In this document: piece after piece, positions 6,868-10,882 of the stretch
How the letters are laid out: every line of letters begins with the position of its first letter
How positions within the stretch are numbered: position 1 is the stretch's first letter
Virus record (IMG/VR): IMGVR_UViG_2681813320_000023
Source: a virus
Taxonomy: Duplodnaviria > Heunggongvirae > Uroviricota > Caudoviricetes
DNA length: 10,882 nt
Direction: 5' to 3' (one strand)
The notes under the pieces: model-generated
The model's database searches: none
What the model saw: the letters and a program-made list of their open reading frames with translations, nothing else
What the model was told of the DNA's origin: nothing
Made by a program: the position numbers and the translations under genes

Positions 6868-6902
6868 TTATGATTTTTTAAGTCAAAGAGGAATTTCTTA
6901 CT

Positions 6903-7109
6903 ATGGCTGAAGAGAAAAAAGGCGGTGTTTCGGTGTACATAAGCCCCGACATCGTGAAGGCGCTCAAGGAACGCCACCAGCAGAACGTAAAAGCAGGCAT
7001 TGCGGCAGGACTTGATCCGCTGGCGATGGTTGAGCCGTCAACAGGCTGGCAGGTACGCGCCTATTTACGCGCGGCGCTGGGTATGAATCAGGTTCACGGG
7101 GGTGAATAA
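6903..7109 (+). CDS. Hypothetical protein (68 aa), first gene of the head module, translationally coupled to the capsid gene
   Basis: ATG 6903 with AAGAGGA upstream. Stop TAA 7107-7109 overlaps the capsid ATG 7109 (TAATG). No recognisable family; position suggests a capsid-assembly accessory. Confidence 0.5.
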   Translation: MAEEKKGGVSVYISPDIVKALKERHQQNVKAGIAAGLDPLAMVEPSTGWQVRAYLRAALGMNQVHGGE

Positions 7110-8164
7110 TGACAGTAAAAGCAATAGCACTTAACACTAACCAGCTTTTTGCGTACCTGAATCGCGAGGATATTGCGGAATTTAAATTCAGTCCGCTGTT
7201 TACCGCGCTGTTTTTCCCGAACGTGGCGACATTCAACACACAGGACATCATGTTAGATAACCTGGATATTGAAGAAGTCACTATGTCGGCGTTTTGTTCG
7301 CCTATGGTGGGTAGCCAGGTTCAGCGCGATAAAGGGTACGAAACAAGCATTATTCGCCCTGGCTACATGAAGCCAAAACACGAAATCGATCCATTAAAAA
7401 CAATAATGCGCATGGCTGGAGAAGATCCAGCACAGCTTAACGACCCTACCTACCGCCGTATGCGCCTGATTACTGGCAACATGCGCCGCCAGATAAACGC
7501 CATTAAAGCGCGCGTGGAATGGCTGGCGGTGAATGCGATAACGACCGGAAAAAACATCATTGAGGGCGAAGGCATAGAACGCTATGAAATCGACTGGAAG
7601 ATCCCAAGTAAAAATATCGCCAGACAGGGACATGGCAAAAAGTGGTCAGAGGCAGATAAGGAAACACACGATCCAATCTATGACATCGAGCTTTATGCTG
7701 ATCAGGCTGGTTGCCCCGCAAACGTCATGATTATGGGCGCTGAGGTATGGCGAACGTTACGCAGCTTTAAAAAATTCCGTGAGCTGTACGATCTTTCCCG
7801 TGGTTCAGAGTCCGCCGCAGAGCTGGCCTGTAAAAACCTGGGCGAAGTGGTGAGCTTTAAAGGCTATCTGGGCGATATTGCCCTTATCGTCTATTCCGGC
7901 AAATACGCCGACAGCGACGGCACAGAAAAATATTTCCTTGAGCCTGATTTGCTTGTCCTGGGCAACACCAACAATAAAGGGCTGGTGGCCTATGGTGCGA
8001 TTATGGATCAGGACGCAGTAAGAACGGGGGCAACGCAAAACATGTACTACCCGAAAAACTGGATTGAGGACGGAGATCCGGCGATTGAGTACGTGCAGAC
8101 GCACAGCGCACCGCAGCCGGTTCCGGCAGATATTCGCAAATTTGTTACTGTCAAAATTGATTAA
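7109..8164 (+). CDS. Major capsid protein, phage lambda gpE-like (351 aa)
   Basis: Colinear similarity to lambda gpE along the whole length, from memory: EFKFSPLFTALFF vs KFKFDPLFLRLFF; PGYMKPKHEIDP vs PGYVKPKHEVNP; EDPAQLNDPTYRRMRLI vs EDPQNLADPAYRRRRII; GDIALIVYSGKY vs GDVAIVVYSGQY; YYPKNWIEDGDPAIEY vs RYPKNWVTTGDPAREF. RBS GGGGGTG upstream, stop TAA 8162-8164. Confidence 0.85.
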   Translation: MTVKAIALNTNQLFAYLNREDIAEFKFSPLFTALFFPNVATFNTQDIMLDNLDIEEVTMSAFCSPMVGSQVQRDKGYETSIIRPGYMKPKHEIDPLKTIMRMAGEDPAQLNDPTYRRMRLITGNMRRQINAIKARVEWLAVNAITTGKNIIEGEGIERYEIDWKIPSKNIARQGHGKKWSEADKETHDPIYDIELYADQAGCPANVMIMGAEVWRTLRSFKKFRELYDLSRGSESAAELACKNLGEVVSFKGYLGDIALIVYSGKYADSDGTEKYFLEPDLLVLGNTNNKGLVAYGAIMDQDAVRTGATQNMYYPKNWIEDGDPAIEYVQTHSAPQPVPADIRKFVTVKID

Positions 8165-8175
8165 CGGGGGATTCT

Positions 8176-8511
8176 ATGGACACTCCATACATTGAGTTAT
8201 TTGCAGGCAGTCAGCAGGTCGCCACGACGCTGGTACATTTTGCCGCTGATGCTGGCGTTATCCAGGAATTTACCCCGCTGATGCTGGCGGACAATGGCGA
8301 GTTTAAGCCGTGGGATGGTCAGGAATCTGGCAAGGCTGTTTATCTGACTTCGTACCCCGTGGACACGTCAAAGCAGAAATCAGCACAGTGTTACAAGACG
8401 GGGATATTTAATATCGCCGCCGTAAACTGGCCTGAGAGCGCCGACACTGACGCGAAAAAATGCGCCGCCTTTGCGGGTTCTGGCGTATCCGTTCAGCCGC
8501 TGGCGCGATAA
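8176..8511 (+). CDS. Head decoration protein, phage lambda gpD-like (111 aa)
   Basis: C-terminal half matches lambda gpD from memory: TPLMLADNGEFKPWDG vs TPLMLDTSSRKLVAWDG; YKTGIFNIAAVNWPESADTDAKKCAAFAGSGVSVQ vs [46 protein letters not shown] upstream of ATG 8176. Confidence 0.8.
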   Translation: MDTPYIELFAGSQQVATTLVHFAADAGVIQEFTPLMLADNGEFKPWDGQESGKAVYLTSYPVDTSKQKSAQCYKTGIFNIAAVNWPESADTDAKKCAAFAGSGVSVQPLAR

Positions 8512-8523
8512 GCAGGGGAAACG

Positions 8524-8937
8524 ATGGCAACGAATGAAAGCATCATGGCGCTACCGCTGGCGAGTAAATTTAAAGCAGAAGCGCGGGCAATGGCTGACAG
8601 AGGTTTATCAACCTACGAGGCCGTATATCAACTCAACAAACTGGAAGAACAGGACAAGCCGCGCGCTGATGCGATTATGGCGCTTCATGAACATAACGAC
8701 TATCAGCCGCTGTTACGTGCAATGGCAAACGTGCCATGTATTAGCGTCGATAATGCTCGTGAAATCCTGAACATGACCATAGAGCAGGAGCGCCCAAAGG
8801 TTGCACCAGAGCTTACCGCAGCCTTTGAAAACTTTATGGACATGCACAGCCCGCAAGCCGTATCAGCTGGCATGGCGTACGATGGCAGAAACCAGGGCGA
8901 TGACGGCGACATCGATCGCATGCTGAAAACCATCTGA
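8524..8937 (+). CDS. Hypothetical acidic protein (137 aa), last gene of the head module
   Basis: RBS AGGGG 5 nt upstream of ATG 8524. Stop TGA 8935-8937 followed directly by a terminator and the cos site. No recognisable family. Confidence 0.55.
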   Translation: MATNESIMALPLASKFKAEARAMADRGLSTYEAVYQLNKLEEQDKPRADAIMALHEHNDYQPLLRAMANVPCISVDNAREILNMTIEQERPKVAPELTAAFENFMDMHSPQAVSAGMAYDGRNQGDDGDIDRMLKTI

Positions 8938-8943
8938 GACAAG

Positions 8944-8967
8944 GCCGGAGAAATCCGGCTTTTTTTT
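8944..8967 (+). terminator. Rho-independent terminator (GCCGGA-GAAA-TCCGGC + T8), near-identical to the hairpin at 6670-6691
   Basis: Perfect 6-bp stem with GAAA loop and eight T, 7 bp after the stop of ORF 8524..8937. Confidence 0.6.
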
Positions 8968-9060
8968 ACGGGTCCTTTCCGGCATATGGACCCGTTACGG
9001 GGCGGCGACCTCGCGGTTTTTCGCTATTTATGAGCCTTTTCAGGGGGGTGGTGGTGGTTT
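8968..9060 (+). other. Lambda-type cos site: cosQ-like and right-end-like sequence (8968-8999), cosN 12-nt cohesive-end sequence GGGCGGCGACCT (9000-9011), followed by a diverged cosB-like region
   Basis: ACGGGTCCTTTCCGG...GTTACG | GGGCGGCGACCTCGCGG(T)TTTTCGCTATTTATGA matches the remembered lambda genome ends almost base for base. Sequence from about 9035 to the TerS start differs from lambda cosB. Confidence 0.75.
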
Positions 9061-9144
9061 TGTTGTTTGCTCTATCTTTATGAATGAAAAGGGAAAGATG
9101 CAAACAATACACCAACCTGAAGCAGTAATTAAGTTGGTGTATTA

Positions 9145-9687
9145 ATGAAATCGCACCTGATGAACAAAAAAAACATGGCGAAAAGCTGCCGTGTAAGTGC
9201 GACAGCGTTCGACAAGTGGGGAGTGACTCCCGTTGAACGTAAAGGCCGTGAGGCGTTTTACGATGTTGCCAGCGTGATAGACAATAGGGTTAACAATGCA
9301 ATTAGCCAGCTTACAAACGACAAAGGCGATATTGATGATGATGAACTCTTACGAGTCAGGATCAGATTACTGACAGCACAGGCGGAGGCGCAGGAACTTA
9401 AAAACGAGCGCGATCGCGGTGACGTGATCGATACTGAGTTTTGCCTGTACGCGCTTTCAAAGCTGGCGAGTCAGATTTCATCAATCATGGACAGCCTCCC
9501 GCTTACTATGCAAAGGAGCTTCCCACAGATTACCCCCGCCATGCTGGATAGGCTTAAAAGGGAAGTGGTTAAAGCCTGTAATGCCAGTGCCAGAGTTGCC
9601 GACAACCTCCCACAGATACTGGCTGATTACTTGAAAGAAACAACCGGAAACGTACCGGAAAAGTTGCAGCCGAATAAAGATAAGTAA
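9145..9687 (+). CDS. Terminase small subunit, lambda Nu1-like (180 aa as tracked; possibly 175 aa from the MNKK start at 9160)
   Basis: C-terminal half aligns strongly to lambda Nu1 from memory: RIRLLTAQAEAQELKNERDRGDVIDTEFCLYALSKLASQISSIMDSLPLTMQRSFPQI vs RLTRAQADAQELKNARDSAEVVETAFCTFVLSRIAGEIASILDGLPLSVQRRFPEL. N-terminus MNKKNMAK... is more weakly similar to Nu1 MEVNKKQLAD.... Located about 135-150 bp downstream of cosN, as in lambda. Confidence 0.8.
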   Translation: MKSHLMNKKNMAKSCRVSATAFDKWGVTPVERKGREAFYDVASVIDNRVNNAISQLTNDKGDIDDDELLRVRIRLLTAQAEAQELKNERDRGDVIDTEFCLYALSKLASQISSIMDSLPLTMQRSFPQITPAMLDRLKREVVKACNASARVADNLPQILADYLKETTGNVPEKLQPNKDK

Positions 9688-9698
9688 CGTAGTACGCT

Positions 9699-9980
9699 AT
9701 GACTGAATCCGAAATACTGCGATTAATCCGCCGCGTCTCTGGAATCAGCCAGCAGGCTGACGAACAGACCACGCAGCCGGACAGCGTGACAGCCGAAAAC
9801 TATGCGCGTGTTGTTGCTGAGGTGATGCGCCGTGATGGTATAGAACTTAATGGCGTGGATATGCGCAACATACGAACCAGAGTTCTTGAGTTGCTGGCCT
9901 ACCGTCGCCGCGTGGAGATGTATCGGGAGAAGGAGAAAATAACGTACCACTGGAAGAAGCCGGAGCGGTTGCGGCGGTAA
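9699..9980 (+). CDS. Hypothetical protein (93 aa) downstream of the TerS-like gene
   Basis: ORF begins 12 bp after the TerS stop, with no strong RBS. Arg-rich, helix-like sequence. No recognisable family. Confidence 0.4.
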   Translation: MTESEILRLIRRVSGISQQADEQTTQPDSVTAENYARVVAEVMRRDGIELNGVDMRNIRTRVLELLAYRRRVEMYREKEKITYHWKKPERLRR

Positions 9981-10275
9981 CTGGTTGATATTCCCGACGG
10001 ACCAAAAATGGGTGGCTACATCCCTCGCTTCTGAGGACTGTTAACAAGCTGCCTGAAAGACAGTCACAAACTACGAAATTTTCGCAGTTTAATTAATGAT
10101 CAGCTTAATCGCTAACCCGCTGATATTTTCGGAAACCTCAATTTGAGGAAGTCGGCGCGGTAACTCGCTGAACTTTAAGCAAAGCGCAAAATTGCGCTTG
10201 CTGAATAATCATTATGATTACGCAGATGATTAAGGAATGACCGAAGGCGGAAATTCGCCTGTGGTTAATGGGGGA

Positions 10276-10538
10276 GTTGCAGATCTGCAACTCGACCATG
10301 AAACTACGGAAACTACCCGTAGTTTGGGTAGTAAGAGTAACACCCAGATTTTGGGTCTTACTCGTGATACCCAAATTTGGGGTATCAGTGGCAACCATAA
10401 CGACTTTCGTTACGGTTGATGCTTTTACCCCATTGGGGGAAAGGTATTACGATAATCATAACACCTACCGAACAGGTAAAGCCCACCAGCCTGATTAACG
10501 TTTAACCGGAAAAAAATTCCGGTAGGTGGGGATCCCCA
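10276..10538. repeat. Cluster of distinct palindromes and hairpins in non-coding DNA
   Basis: GTTGCAGATCTGCAAC (10276-10291, perfect 16 bp); CTACCC-7 nt-GGGTAG (10313-10331); nested hairpin AGTAAGA..ACCCA-gattt-TGGGT..TCTTACT (10330-10362); GATACCCAAATTTGGGGTATC (10366-10386); AACCATAACG-actttcgt/CGTTACGGTT (10393-10417); CCCCATTGGGG (10428-10438); ACCGGAA-aaaaa-TTCCGGT (10505-10523); TGGGGATCCCCA (10527-10538). Confidence 0.4.
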
Positions 10539-10649
10539 TATCGACATTAACGCCCCTCATGAATTGGTGCGCTTCCCCCTGGAAAGATGATCCGCCTGTA
10601 TATTTCTTGTGTCTATTTGTTCCACGTTGTTTCATACAGTGCACCGAAC

Positions 10650-10671
10650 GGTGTAGTCACTGGTGTAGTCA
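10650..10671. repeat. Tandem direct repeat GGTGTAGTCA x2 (period 12) near the right junction
   Basis: ggtgtagtca-ct-ggtgtagtca followed by TTTTG. Its position about 75 bp inside the presumed junction makes integrase or excisionase arm-type sites plausible. Confidence 0.3.
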
Positions 10672-10717
10672 TTTTGCGATTTTTGGCACTTTTTGTGGTG
10701 AAAATTATTTAATTAAA

Positions 10718-10882
10718 TCAACGTGTTATGTGAAATAAGTTATATATAACAGCAATAAATAATGCGAGAATAAACGGCACGATGATCTCGGCGGCAAAAC
10801 GGATACCGCAGAGAATAATGACCAGCATTCCCAACATAATGACGATTTTTAGGCCATTGAGCGTGATGATCGGCTTTGCCAT
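10718..10882 (-). pseudogene. tqsA: 5' fragment of a host AI-2E-family transporter gene (TqsA-like N-terminus), in-frame fusion ending in island-derived sequence (54 codons, start codon at window end)
   Basis: Minus-strand translation from the ATG at 10882-10880: [45 protein letters not shown], then IYNLFHITR and stop (TGA 10720-10718). The first ~45 residues match the remembered N-terminus of E. coli TqsA/YdgG; similarity is lost abruptly, as expected at an insertion junction. Not searched. Confidence 0.4.

Larger units (their letters stand above)
1..10745 (+). mobile_element. Phage satellite / phage-inducible chromosomal island (PICI-like); left attachment site lies upstream of the window, right junction near 10745
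   Basis: Gene order int - alpA - regulatory and leader ORFs - primase-helicase - iteron origin - packaging module with lambda-type cos, Nu1-like TerS and gpE/gpD-like head genes. No portal, protease, large terminase, tail or lysis genes. A host-like gene fragment begins at about 10745 on the minus strand. Confidence 0.7.

Noticed and set aside
10237-10738. Small plus-strand ORFs (60, 76 and 70 aa) and the minus-strand 86-aa ORF in the right-end region
   Set aside because: They overlap one another and the palindrome cluster, lack credible ribosome-binding sites (one has the SD abutting the ATG), and have Cys-rich or low-complexity translations. The region is treated as non-coding.
9981-10745. 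tRNA or tmRNA gene as integration target
   Set aside because: I found no cloverleaf-compatible sequence or T-loop motif (GGTTCGAATCC-like) in the right-end region. The junction is instead next to a protein-coding gene fragment.

Overview
The window reads as an almost complete phage satellite (PICI-like chromosomal island) of an enterobacterium, running from the integrase start codon at position 1 to a right junction near 10745, where a host-like transporter gene fragment begins on the minus strand. Left to right: a P4-family tyrosine integrase, an AlpA-family regulator, a divergently transcribed RHH-like regulator with repeated operator motifs, a leader operon with two paralogous Icd-like small ORFs and two AT-rich cargo ORFs translationally coupled to a primase-helicase (Walker A GPGGSGKS), an iteron array (likely ori), a PerC-like regulator, terminators, then a morphogenesis/packaging module. 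That module has a lambda gpE-like major capsid protein, a gpD-like decoration protein, a lambda-type cosQ/cosN site with a diverged cosB, and a Nu1-like small terminase, but no portal, protease, scaffold, large terminase, tail or lysis genes. The last ~750 bp of the element is non-coding and dense with palindromes. No rRNA, tRNA or CRISPR array was found. The most interesting candidates are the stripped-down head module plus private cos/TerS (a packaging and capsid hijack system aimed at a lambda-like helper) and the duplicated Icd-like coupling module with its AT-rich cargo. All homology statements come from reading the translations against remembered family sequences, not from searches, and need confirmation.
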